Of a stretch of 64,000 nucleotides of DNA, positions 1 to 8,227 are shown piece by piece (position 1 is the first letter of the stretch; each line of letters starts with the position of its first letter). The stretch covers positions 1,424-65,423 of the forward strand of contig JAQUKY010000002.1 of assembly GCA_028718805.1 (NCBI GenBank), read 5' to 3'. This stretch comes from Candidatus Nanoarchaeia archaeon (GTDB lineage: Archaea; Nanobdellota; Nanobdellia; Pacearchaeales; GW2011-AR1). The notes under the pieces were generated by a model. The model had not been told where the DNA came from, searched no databases, and saw nothing but the letters and a program-made list of their open reading frames with translations. The position numbers were made by a program, and so were the translations under genes.

Positions 1-257
1 CCGGAATCAATCGAGAACAATAGTGTATCATTCACATCATACGCATTTACAGTATAATTATATTCAACATCCTGGTATTCTAAATTATGGACACTAAAAG
101 AAAAGTTATAGGTTTTATCTAAAAACACATTTTTAGGAAGAGAGGTATGATTTTCAATATATAATTCAGTTAAAGGCTCAATTCCCAGGGGAATAAATGA
201 AAGTACAGCTAAAAAAGCAATGACAATCACAATTCCAGCAATAAGTATGTATTTCAT
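1..257 (-). CDS. partial CDS (C-terminus beyond window edge): signal-anchored secreted/membrane protein
   Basis: ATG at 257 on the minus strand, frame open to base 1. Starts MKYILIAGIVIVIAFLAVLSFIPLG (hydrophobic anchor), then Asn-rich soluble-looking sequence. Missing from the ORF track only because it is truncated. Confidence 0.5.
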   Translation of the reverse strand, partial: MKYILIAGIVIVIAFLAVLSFIPLGIEPLTELYIENHTSLPKNVFLDKTYNFSFSVHNLEYQDVEYNYTVNAYDVNDTLLFSIDS

Positions 258-379
258 TTTAAGTTTTATAATATATAACTTATTGCTTTGCTTTTGATAT
301 AACTTTTTGCATAAAAAGTTAATTTTTGGGTCAAGCCTTTTGTATCAAAAGGGTTGTCGGCAATAAGTATGTATTTCAT
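238..379. repeat. exact 20-nt direct repeat GCAATAAGTATGTATTTCAT (238-257 and 360-379) bracketing 102 nt
   Basis: Read directly. The first copy carries the start codon and first codons of CDS 1..257. The second copy is an orphan duplicate of that gene start. Confidence 0.8.
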
Positions 380-436
380 AAGCCCTCTATAATCCGGCTA
401 TTTTTAAAATGTTTCTTTTTACAATTTAAAGAATAA

Positions 437-754
437 TCAAACCAAAACTTCCTGGTCTTGTTCTTCACCTTTTATTAAGTTCCAGTCTAGTTTTATTAAT
501 TGCTGGACAGCAGGATTTTTTGTGTTTAGTTTGTACATATCAGACTTTCCAACTCTTCTTGTGTTTATTACTATCTTATTCCTTACTAAATTATCCCAGA
601 AAGTCTGCAATGTTGAATAGCTGACTCCTGAATTTTTTGCTATTTCTGTTAAATGATAATCAAATAACTGGAATGTTATAAGAAAGTCTAAGACTTTTAT
701 TATTGGATTGCTTCCAAAAACCTCTACAAATATTGTTTCATTTTCCATAAACAA
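437..754 (-). CDS. winged-helix DNA-binding protein (ArsR/MarR-like)
   Basis: 105-aa ORF. LTEIAKNSGVSYSTLQTFWDNLVRNKIV looks like helix-turn-helix, followed by wing-like RRVGKSDMYKLN. Confidence 0.55.
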   Translation of the reverse strand: MFMENETIFVEVFGSNPIIKVLDFLITFQLFDYHLTEIAKNSGVSYSTLQTFWDNLVRNKIVINTRRVGKSDMYKLNTKNPAVQQLIKLDWNLIKGEEQDQEVLV

Positions 755-845
755 TATAAAAGATTGTCATTTATAAATGTTTCTCTTTATGTTTTTATAT
801 TACAATATTAGAAACATTTAAAAATTCTAAAATTATAGATTAATT

Positions 846-1124
846 ATGGAATTTAATGATGAAGATAAAATTAAAGCAACTATTTTATATCATTTGCGAA
901 GAAAAAAAGTTATTGGAGGAGTTCATACCCCTTTTGATACATTAAGGAGAGGTTTTCCTTCTCATTTAGGAAAAGATATAAGTAAAATTGCAAAAGAGTT
1001 GGTAAAGCAGGGATATCTTTTAACAAAACCAACTAACCGGGGCCTTCATGTTTCTCTGAATAAGGAAAGATTAATAGAAATTGAAGAGTTTATTAAAAAA
1101 GTCTTAGGATATAGTTTCTTGTGA
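846..1124 (+). CDS. small wHTH-like protein, function unknown
   Basis: 92-aa ORF divergent from 437..754. ISKIAKELVKQGYLLTKPTNRGLHVSLN resembles a recognition helix plus wing. Confidence 0.4.
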   Translation: MEFNDEDKIKATILYHLRRKKVIGGVHTPFDTLRRGFPSHLGKDISKIAKELVKQGYLLTKPTNRGLHVSLNKERLIEIEEFIKKVLGYSFL

Positions 1125-1153
1125 TTAGTCACCACTATAAAATAGCACAAAGT

Positions 1154-1175
1154 AATAAGCTTTATAAAGCTTATT
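1154..1175 (+). terminator. perfect 22-nt palindrome AATAAGCTTTATAAAGCTTATT, possible terminator hairpin
   Basis: Self-complementary by inspection. Lies 30 nt after the stop of 846..1124 and is followed by a T-rich run. Confidence 0.35.
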
Positions 1176-1248
1176 GGATATATTTTTATCATATATTTTA
1201 AGCGTGAAATCCGCATATATTTTAAGCATAATTTAGGGAGTGAAATGA

Positions 1249-1284
1249 GGGGTGATATCATCGCCCCAGAAGCCTGTTTCTGGG
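1249..1284 (+). promoter_or_regulatory. two overlapping hairpins in the leader of the 1403-4446 cluster
   Basis: GGGGTGAT-ATC-ATCGCCCC (1249-1267, one G-U pair) and CCCAGAA-GCCTGT-TTCTGGG (1265-1284) share the CCC at 1265-1267. This is a G+C-rich island in AT-rich non-coding DNA. Confidence 0.3.
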
Positions 1285-1356
1285 ATAATTAAGAAAATTA
1301 AACTATATCAATAATCAAACAAAACGGATTAAGCAAGGCATCAGAAGATTAAGCTA

Positions 1357-1391
1357 TGATTGCCCCGGCTTAAAATCGTTTAACAGATTAC
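1357..1391 (-). repeat. intergenic mosaic repeat, modules B+A (reverse orientation)
   Basis: TGATTGCCCC then GCTTAAAATCGTTTAACAGATTAC, the reverse complement of the core GTAATCTGTTAAACGATTTTAAGC. Ends 12 nt before ATG 1403. Confidence 0.7.
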
Positions 1392-1402
1392 TAAAAAACA
1401 AA

Positions 1403-1681
1403 ATGGCATTTGATAAATTAAAATTTAAGTATAATATGTTTAATTTCAATTATTTTTTTGCAGAAACACTTCAGGCTATAAACCAGCAAAATACACCAAA
1501 GGCAGAGATTTATTCACAAAAGGCAGTTAAATGGGGCAAAAGAGCAAAAGACTTAAAAAGTAAAATAAGAGAGGCAGAGTTTTCAGATGAAGATCTTGCA
1601 AATTCATTATCCTATATGCAGGATATGTATGAATTTTCTAAAAAGCAGAATGAAAAATTAAGAGAGGCAAAATTAAAATGA
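1403..1681 (+). CDS. hypothetical helical protein, first gene of same-strand cluster
   Basis: 92-aa ORF. Its stop overlaps the next start (ATGA). No motif recognised. Confidence 0.45.
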   Translation: MAFDKLKFKYNMFNFNYFFAETLQAINQQNTPKAEIYSQKAVKWGKRAKDLKSKIREAEFSDEDLANSLSYMQDMYEFSKKQNEKLREAKLK

Positions 1682-2205
1682 AAAACCAATATAAACAACA
1701 CAAAATTAAAAAAATACCCAAAACAATAAACCCTGAAACAACTAAACCTTTTGCCTCATTGGGAGAATATCAGGATTATGCTGCAAGGCAGAGAATAAAC
1801 CCAAGGACAGGCAAGCATTTTGCTTCGTTTACAGAATATCAGAGTTATATTATAAAAAAGAGAATAAATCCGGGAACAAAAAAGCCCTTTGCATCAACTT
1901 CTGAATATCAGAGATATTTGGCCAATAAGCATAAGACAGACCCAAGAAGAATAAAATTAAAGGAAATAATAGAAGATGGATTAGAAGGAGTGGATGAAAA
2001 CTATTCCTGGCTTGCAAAACAATTGGGGATTCTAAGGGCATCTGTATCCCAGTATGTTAATTTCAAGGCTATTCCCAGCCCTGAAATCCAGGAAAAGATT
2101 TTTAAGATTTTTAACCTGCCCTATCGCTCAATTGATGATGCTGTAAACTCAGACTATGCGGTAAGTTCTCAGAATAAAAAATTAGAAGGAGCAAAACTAA
2201 AATAA
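1678..2205 (+). CDS. protein with 3 x 23-aa tandem repeat and C-terminal XRE-type HTH
   Basis: The unit INPxTxK(P/H)FASxxEYQxY occurs three times (aa 17-85). C-terminal YSWLAKQLGILRASVSQYVNFKAIPSPEIQEKIF looks like an XRE/Cro-type HTH. Confidence 0.55.
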   Translation: MKNQYKQHKIKKIPKTINPETTKPFASLGEYQDYAARQRINPRTGKHFASFTEYQSYIIKKRINPGTKKPFASTSEYQRYLANKHKTDPRRIKLKEIIEDGLEGVDENYSWLAKQLGILRASVSQYVNFKAIPSPEIQEKIFKIFNLPYRSIDDAVNSDYAVSSQNKKLEGAKLK

Positions 2206-2217
2206 ACAAAATAAAAA

Positions 2218-3174
2218 ATGGAATTTTTAAGTCTGGAAAAGGGAGACAAAGACAATCTGGAGGGAAGAGTAATAGTTTATACTCAGCCAAAAATAGGAGA
2301 CAATGAAATAAAAGAAATGGATATGATGAAAGACGTATTAGCAGAGCACCCTGACCTTCTTTCTAAAATTGACCCCTCTATTGACCCCGACTTCCTTAAG
2401 CATATTAACCAAGACATGTTAAAAGACATGTTAAAGGATATTGACCCGAATATGATTGTTGCAATGTATGCAACATCTAATATAACCGATTTAAAGGAAA
2501 AGTTTTCCAGCAATATGCCATCAGACCTGGAAAGCAGGATAAACAAAGAAATTAAAGAAAATTATGCAAAGCTTCCTAAAGGCCAAAAAATTGAAAATTA
2601 TTTTTGCGGTATGTTTTTTACATCGCTAGACGATATAAAAAATTCCAAGGAAGATATAATAAACCTTGGCCAAGGACTTAGTCCAAAGAATTTTCACATG
2701 GCTTCTATTGGTGCAGTCCAGTTTTATATGGCTCAATATAACCAGCAGAGAGAAGCAAAGGCAAATTATTCAAAAGCAAAACAAACCAGTGAAAAAATAA
2801 CTCCCATGGTTACTTATAATGATATGCAGTCAGACCAGAGAATAACTCATATTCAATCAGATTATATTGCTCCATTAATGCTTGAATTTGAAAGAAATAA
2901 TCTGGAACAGGCAAAGCAAATCAGCCAGAATTTTATAAGATACTCAGAAGGCAGCCCATTAGAAGATGACTCATATGCAATTGCAGCAGTATTGAATTTT
3001 GATAAGCCAGAACTTATAGAATATAAATCACCACTCCTAAGCAATTATTTTTCAAAAATAATTGCAATAACCCAGGAGAAATATAAGGAAGCTGCACAAT
3101 ACCGGGATGCAATCAGGGATATTCAAAATAAAATTCAAAACAAAATCAAAGGAACAGGTCATAATCCAAAATAA
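2218..3174 (+). CDS. hypothetical protein with C-terminal UVR-like motif
   Basis: 318-aa ORF. KEKYKEAAQYRDAIRDIQNKI resembles the UvrB/UvrC-type UVR helical motif. The rest is unrecognised. Confidence 0.45.
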   Translation: MEFLSLEKGDKDNLEGRVIVYTQPKIGDNEIKEMDMMKDVLAEHPDLLSKIDPSIDPDFLKHINQDMLKDMLKDIDPNMIVAMYATSNITDLKEKFSSNMPSDLESRINKEIKENYAKLPKGQKIENYFCGMFFTSLDDIKNSKEDIINLGQGLSPKNFHMASIGAVQFYMAQYNQQREAKANYSKAKQTSEKITPMVTYNDMQSDQRITHIQSDYIAPLMLEFERNNLEQAKQISQNFIRYSEGSPLEDDSYAIAAVLNFDKPELIEYKSPLLSNYFSKIIAITQEKYKEAAQYRDAIRDIQNKIQNKIKGTGHNPK

Positions 3175-3189
3175 ACAAACAAAAACAAA

Positions 3190-3471
3190 ATGGCATTACC
3201 AATAGATTATAAAGTAGCCCCAGAACAAGTTGAGCAATTTGCATCTCAATTAGTCCATGTTCCAAAAAATGTAAGAGAATCAATGGTGGAGTTATTTTCA
3301 GGAGTATATTCAAAGGAATATTATGAAGGCCTTCTTGCAGCCTATGCAAATATGTATGTTTTGGCCCAGGGGGCACCATTAGAAGATCTTAGAAATTGTT
3401 CAGGCCAGATAGTTGCATTTGTTGCTGATTATGTAAATAAACTGAATAAACAGGAACAAAATTCCAAATAA
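3190..3471 (+). CDS. hypothetical protein
   Basis: 93-aa ORF in the same-strand cluster, preceded by an A/C-rich spacer ending AAACAAAATG. Confidence 0.4.
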   Translation: MALPIDYKVAPEQVEQFASQLVHVPKNVRESMVELFSGVYSKEYYEGLLAAYANMYVLAQGAPLEDLRNCSGQIVAFVADYVNKLNKQEQNSK

Positions 3472-3502
3472 ACAAATAAACCAAAAAACAAACCAAAATA
3501 AA

Positions 3503-3874
3503 ATGCCAAACCCACCACCACAAGGAATTATTGCAGATTTTGTAAACAAGTATGAAAGCAAAATAAAACCATTTTTAGAAAAAGGTGATTTTAATAATGA
3601 AGCTCTAAGAAGTAGTATAATTGATGTTCGCACAAGATTTGAGTATTATGAACCTAATTTTATCGCTGAAAATCACAGGGCACACTTGAGATATGTTCAG
3701 GCAGTTAATGAACTTAACAGCCTGATTAAAGGAGAGGTTCCTCAAGGAGAACACCCTAATTTTTCCAGAAGGTTAAATAAAGCAGTAAGCGAACTGGATT
3801 TTTTCCTTTCTGAAGATGCAGAATATGAATATATCAGGAACAGGGAAAAATCAGATTCAGAAAATCCAAAATGA
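3503..3874 (+). CDS. hypothetical protein
   Basis: 123-aa ORF in the same-strand cluster. Ends ...SENPK, like its neighbours. Confidence 0.4.
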   Translation: MPNPPPQGIIADFVNKYESKIKPFLEKGDFNNEALRSSIIDVRTRFEYYEPNFIAENHRAHLRYVQAVNELNSLIKGEVPQGEHPNFSRRLNKAVSELDFFLSEDAEYEYIRNREKSDSENPK

Positions 3875-3981
3875 AATTCAAACCAGTAACAGCAAAAACT
3901 GATAAAACGCTATGGAAACAGAAGCCCAAGCGTAAGAGAGTGATTAAACATTACCAAATAAGCATCATAAAATAAAACAAA

Positions 3982-4446
3982 ATGAAAAATAATAATTTAA
4001 GAGTAGGAGTTGTTGGATATTGCCTCCCAACAAAATTTGATGAAAATAAAGCATTAGAATACATTAAAGATGCTTATAACAGGGCTTCTTCTGATTTCCC
4101 GGAAAATAATATTACCATTGTAGCAGGAGTAACAAATGTTGGAGTTCTTAAGCTAGCCTATGAAGAAGCAAGAAGAAGGGGCTGGAGAACAGCTGGTGTT
4201 GGCTGTAAAAAAGCTAATGATTTTGAATGGTTTCCAGTTGATGAAAAGCCAATGATAGTAGGAGAAAATTGGGGTGATGAAAGTAATGTTTTTGTATACG
4301 GGACCAAAATACCAAATCACCCTCATGAAAAAGGTCTGGATGCTCTGATCAGGATTGGCTCAGGTAAACAATCTCTGAGAGAAGCCGGAGAAGTCAGGGC
4401 ATTGGGAAAACCCACCTATGAATATGAATTAGATAGACTAGAATAA
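3982..4446 (+). CDS. Rossmann-fold LOG/DprA-like (SLOG superfamily) protein, tentative
   Basis: 154 aa. RVGVVG..., ITIVAGVTNVGVLKLAYEEARRRGWRTAGVG and DALIRIGSGKQSLREAGE resemble the GG-x-G-x-M ... GG-x-GT-x-E layout of LOG/TIGR00725-type proteins, with substitutions. Confidence 0.4.
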   Translation: MKNNNLRVGVVGYCLPTKFDENKALEYIKDAYNRASSDFPENNITIVAGVTNVGVLKLAYEEARRRGWRTAGVGCKKANDFEWFPVDEKPMIVGENWGDESNVFVYGTKIPNHPHEKGLDALIRIGSGKQSLREAGEVRALGKPTYEYELDRLE

Positions 4447-4476
4447 AAAATAAAATAAAATTCAAAAATAAACAAA

Positions 4477-5205
4477 ATGAAACTCAAAAAACTCACAATC
4501 CTTATACCCTGTCATAATGAAGCAAAAAGCATAGGAAAAGTAATAAAAGATGTTCCTAAGTCCAAGCTTAAAAAGCTTGGCTATAAAACAGAGATTATTG
4601 TCATAGACAATAATTGCATTGACAGGACAGCAAAAATTGCAAAAAAAGCAGGTGCAAAAATAATAAGAGAGCCAAGAAAAGGCAAGGGAAATGCAGTAAG
4701 GACAGGATTCAGGAGCATAAACAAGGACAAGACAGTTGATTTTGTAGTCATGCTAGATGGGGATAATACCTACAAGCCCCATGAAATCCCCCGTCTCATC
4801 GAACCATTAGATTCAGGATTCTGCGACATAATAATCGGAAGTAGGCTGGAAGGAAAAATAAACAAAAATTCAATGGCAATGTCGCACAGGCTTGTAAACT
4901 GGGCATGGACCTTTTTTGTAAGGCATTTCTATGGTGCAAATGTCACAGATACCTGCACAGGCTTTTTTGCCTGGAAGGCAAAAGTAATCCGCCATCTCAA
5001 TGGCTACATCAAATCCGAAGGATTTGCAATTGAAGTCGAGATGATAACAAAGCTGGCAAAATTAGGAAACAGAATCTATTCAGTTCCCATAACCTATGAC
5101 CCAAGGCCAGGCAAGTCTCATTCTCATTTAAGCCCCGTAAGAGACGGCCTGAAAATCAGCTGGATGTTAATTAAAAACCTAAGTTGGAATCCTGAAAAGG
5201 AGTAA
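4477..5205 (+). CDS. family-2 glycosyltransferase (dolichyl-phosphate sugar synthase-like)
   Basis: LTILIPCHNEAKSIGKVI, VIDNNCIDRT and MLDGDNTY form a GT-A fold DxD-type signature. Confidence 0.8.
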   Translation: MKLKKLTILIPCHNEAKSIGKVIKDVPKSKLKKLGYKTEIIVIDNNCIDRTAKIAKKAGAKIIREPRKGKGNAVRTGFRSINKDKTVDFVVMLDGDNTYKPHEIPRLIEPLDSGFCDIIIGSRLEGKINKNSMAMSHRLVNWAWTFFVRHFYGANVTDTCTGFFAWKAKVIRHLNGYIKSEGFAIEVEMITKLAKLGNRIYSVPITYDPRPGKSHSHLSPVRDGLKISWMLIKNLSWNPEKE

Positions 5206-5214
5206 GGGGTAGAT

Positions 5215-6366
5215 ATGAGTAATTTTAATTTTACGAAGAGGATGGATGCATATGCAGGAATCCCGTTAATATCTCTCCTTTCAATATTTAAACTTAGAAA
5301 CAAGGAAATTCCTCAAAAAATTAATAAAATTCTTTTAATACGATTAGGTAACTTGGGAGATGCAATTCTTTCTGTTCCTATGATAAGAGAATTAAAGAGG
5401 AATTTTCCCAAATCTAAAATTTACATGTTAACAAGCCCAAAAACAGCAGGAGTTTATACAAATGTTTCTTATATAGATAAATTAATAACCATAAACCTTA
5501 GTTTAAGCAACCTTTATAATCCGCTTAAAATTTTAAGAAAAGAAAATTTTGATTTAATTATTGATATGGAAAATTATTCCAGAGTAACTGCCTTGTTCAC
5601 TTATTTTATAAAACCGAAATTTAGCATAGGATTTAATAGTGAAAATCAGTTTAGAGCCAGTCTTTTTGATGCAAGTTTTGTTTATGATAACGGAGATAAA
5701 CATGAAGTAGATTGTTTTTTTGATTTAGTCAGGCCATTAAAAATCAAAATAAAAAACAAAGAATTAGAATTTCATGTAAAAGCAGATAAGCATGTAGATA
5801 AATTGTTAAAAGAAAACAAATTATCAAAAAAAGATTTGAAGATAATAATCCATCCTTCAAATAATAAAGATTGGAACATAAAACGATGGTCAGAAGAGAG
5901 ATTTGCAAGTCTTATAACTCAACTAATAAAAAAATATAAAGCAAAAATAATATTAATCGGAATAAAAGAAGATAAAGAGATAATAGATAGAGTAAAAAGA
6001 TTAGTTGATTCAAATAAAAATTTATTTGATTTTTCAGGAAGATTAAACATCTCTCAAACAGCATATTTAATCAAAAAGTGTGATTTATACATTGGGAATG
6101 ATACTGGTCCAATGCATCTTTCAGCAGCAGTCCAGACACCAACAATTGGAATATACGGGCCGGTTAATGTGCATAAGTGGGGACCTTATGGAAAAAAGCA
6201 TTCTTATGTTTGTAAATATAATAACAAAAATAACAAATGTTGGCCTTGTTTTGAAATAAGTAAAATAAATAAAAACTGTAAATATCCTCTCCCATGTGAA
6301 ATGGCAATAAGAGTTGATGATGTGATGAAGGTTGTTGATAAAAAGGTGAAGGAGATGGGGAGATGA
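5215..6366 (+). CDS. family-9 glycosyltransferase (heptosyltransferase family)
   Basis: LGDAILSVPMIRELKRNFP near the N-terminus and GNDTGPMHLSAAVQTPTIGIYGP near the C-terminus match the two hallmark GT9 segments. Confidence 0.75.
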   Translation: MSNFNFTKRMDAYAGIPLISLLSIFKLRNKEIPQKINKILLIRLGNLGDAILSVPMIRELKRNFPKSKIYMLTSPKTAGVYTNVSYIDKLITINLSLSNLYNPLKILRKENFDLIIDMENYSRVTALFTYFIKPKFSIGFNSENQFRASLFDASFVYDNGDKHEVDCFFDLVRPLKIKIKNKELEFHVKADKHVDKLLKENKLSKKDLKIIIHPSNNKDWNIKRWSEERFASLITQLIKKYKAKIILIGIKEDKEIIDRVKRLVDSNKNLFDFSGRLNISQTAYLIKKCDLYIGNDTGPMHLSAAVQTPTIGIYGPVNVHKWGPYGKKHSYVCKYNNKNNKCWPCFEISKINKNCKYPLPCEMAIRVDDVMKVVDKKVKEMGR

Positions 6367-7307
6367 AAACGAAAATAAGTGTTGTGATTTTAACTTACAA
6401 TTCAGCAGGTAGTATAGAGAAATGTTTAAAATCCTTAGAAAATCAAACAAATAAAAATTTTGAAGTTTTAATTGTTGATGATGATTCAACAGATAATACT
6501 TTGGGTTTAATTAAAAGAAATCTTGAAAATTATTATTTTAAGATAAAGTTCTTTAGAAATGGTGCACACAATATTTCAAGAGGGAGAAATATTGGTATAA
6601 AGAATGCAGAGACAAGATACGTTGCATTCTTAGACTCAGATGCTTATGCTGATGAAAATTGGGTTGAGAATATTCTATTAAATTTTAATAGAGATAAAGA
6701 ATTAGTTCTTGTTGGGGGAAGAGAAATACCAATCTATACAAATAATTTTTCAAAAGGGAATTCTTTAAATGATTTAACAATAAATAAATTAGCCTCTAAC
6801 TTCTGGGCAATCAAAGGATGTAATTTTGCTATAGATAAAGATAAGTTAGATGGAAATATTTTTAATGAAAAATTTATTCATAATGAAGAAGCAGAATTTA
6901 TTGAGAGATTAAATAAGAAGGGTAAAAAATATAAGTTTGATAAAGAAATCAAAGTTCATCATGAAACCAGATCTACTCCTGCTAAATTTATAAAACAAAT
7001 TTATAAATATGGAATATGGAGAGTTTTCTTTTCTTTTTATTCTAACAAATCTAGGTTAGTTGATTTTTATCCCTCTGTTTTGATTATCTTATCAATAATA
7101 TTGATGTTTAACAATTTCTTAATAGGATTATTACTAATTCCAATTTTTAGTTTAGTTCAATCTATCTTTGTGATTATTTATAATAAAAGTTCTTTGAACT
7201 TTTTACCATATTCTTTTCTTGGGTGGTTGATTAAAAATATTGGATGGGGGGTTGGTATTTTCGTGGGGCTAATTAAATATCCTTTTATTAAAGAGAACTT
7301 AAAATGA
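6363..7307 (+). CDS. family-2 glycosyltransferase with C-terminal membrane helices
   Basis: ISVVILTYNSAGSIEKCLKSLENQT, LIVDDDSTDNT and AFLDSDAYADENW, followed by a hydrophobic C-terminal 90 aa. 4-nt overlap with the upstream gene. Confidence 0.75.
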   Translation: MKTKISVVILTYNSAGSIEKCLKSLENQTNKNFEVLIVDDDSTDNTLGLIKRNLENYYFKIKFFRNGAHNISRGRNIGIKNAETRYVAFLDSDAYADENWVENILLNFNRDKELVLVGGREIPIYTNNFSKGNSLNDLTINKLASNFWAIKGCNFAIDKDKLDGNIFNEKFIHNEEAEFIERLNKKGKKYKFDKEIKVHHETRSTPAKFIKQIYKYGIWRVFFSFYSNKSRLVDFYPSVLIILSIILMFNNFLIGLLLIPIFSLVQSIFVIIYNKSSLNFLPYSFLGWLIKNIGWGVGIFVGLIKYPFIKENLK

Positions 7308-8227
7308 TATCAGTAATAATTATAGTAAAAAATGACCGAGGGATAGAGAACACTCTTAATTCATTAAAGAAAGTAAAAAAACCAGAAAAAACAGAGATAA
7401 TTGTTGTGGATGCTTCTGAAGGGGCTCTTGATGATATAAAGAAAAAATTTCCAAAAGTAAGATGGATATATTTTCATAATAAAACTGATAAGGAGATAAC
7501 AATTCCTGAACAAAGAAACTTAGGAATAAAGAAATCTAAAAGAGATATCATTGTTTTTATAGATGCAGGATGTACTGCAGACAAAAGATGGTTAAAAGAA
7601 TTAATTCGTCCCATTAGAGAAGAAAATGAAACTTTTGTAACTGGGATGGTAAAGTCTATTAATGAGGAAAAAACTCATGATGTTACCTGGAAGAAACTTA
7701 AAAATTGTAAGTATAGAAATGATGCAGGATCAGCAAATACTGCGTTTATGAAAAAAATTATAGGTAAAATTGGGCATTATGATGAGAATTTCTATTATGG
7801 GTCAGATATAGAATTTAGTTATAGAGCTAAAAAGGGAGGATACAAACTAAGATACAATCCCAAAGCAATTATCTTTCATGATTGGGGTAGTTTAAAACAA
7901 GAACTGAAACGAGGATTTAGATATGGAGAAGCTAGTATTATTATCTATAAGAAACATAGAGATAAATTATACAATCTCTTCAAACTTAAAGAAAATTTAT
8001 TCACTTTCTATGCCTTAGGATTCTTTATTTATGTTATATTCATTCCAATAATCTCCTTTTTTTGGATTGGTTATCCTATATTCCTATTAATACCCTTTTT
8101 TAAGAATATAAAAAATAATCCCCTTAGAAAACTTCTCTTTGATTTCTTTTGGGGATTCGGAGTTCTTAAGGAATTAATCTTTCCTTCAAATTATAAAATA
8201 AAAAACAACAATGACCCCCAAAAATAA
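7304..8227 (+). CDS. family-2 glycosyltransferase with C-terminal membrane helices
   Basis: ISVIIIVKNDRGIENTLNSL, IIVVDASEG and VFIDAGCTADKRW, with a hydrophobic tail. ATGA overlap with the upstream gene. Confidence 0.7.
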   Translation: MISVIIIVKNDRGIENTLNSLKKVKKPEKTEIIVVDASEGALDDIKKKFPKVRWIYFHNKTDKEITIPEQRNLGIKKSKRDIIVFIDAGCTADKRWLKELIRPIREENETFVTGMVKSINEEKTHDVTWKKLKNCKYRNDAGSANTAFMKKIIGKIGHYDENFYYGSDIEFSYRAKKGGYKLRYNPKAIIFHDWGSLKQELKRGFRYGEASIIIYKKHRDKLYNLFKLKENLFTFYALGFFIYVIFIPIISFFWIGYPIFLLIPFFKNIKNNPLRKLLFDFFWGFGVLKELIFPSNYKIKNNNDPQK

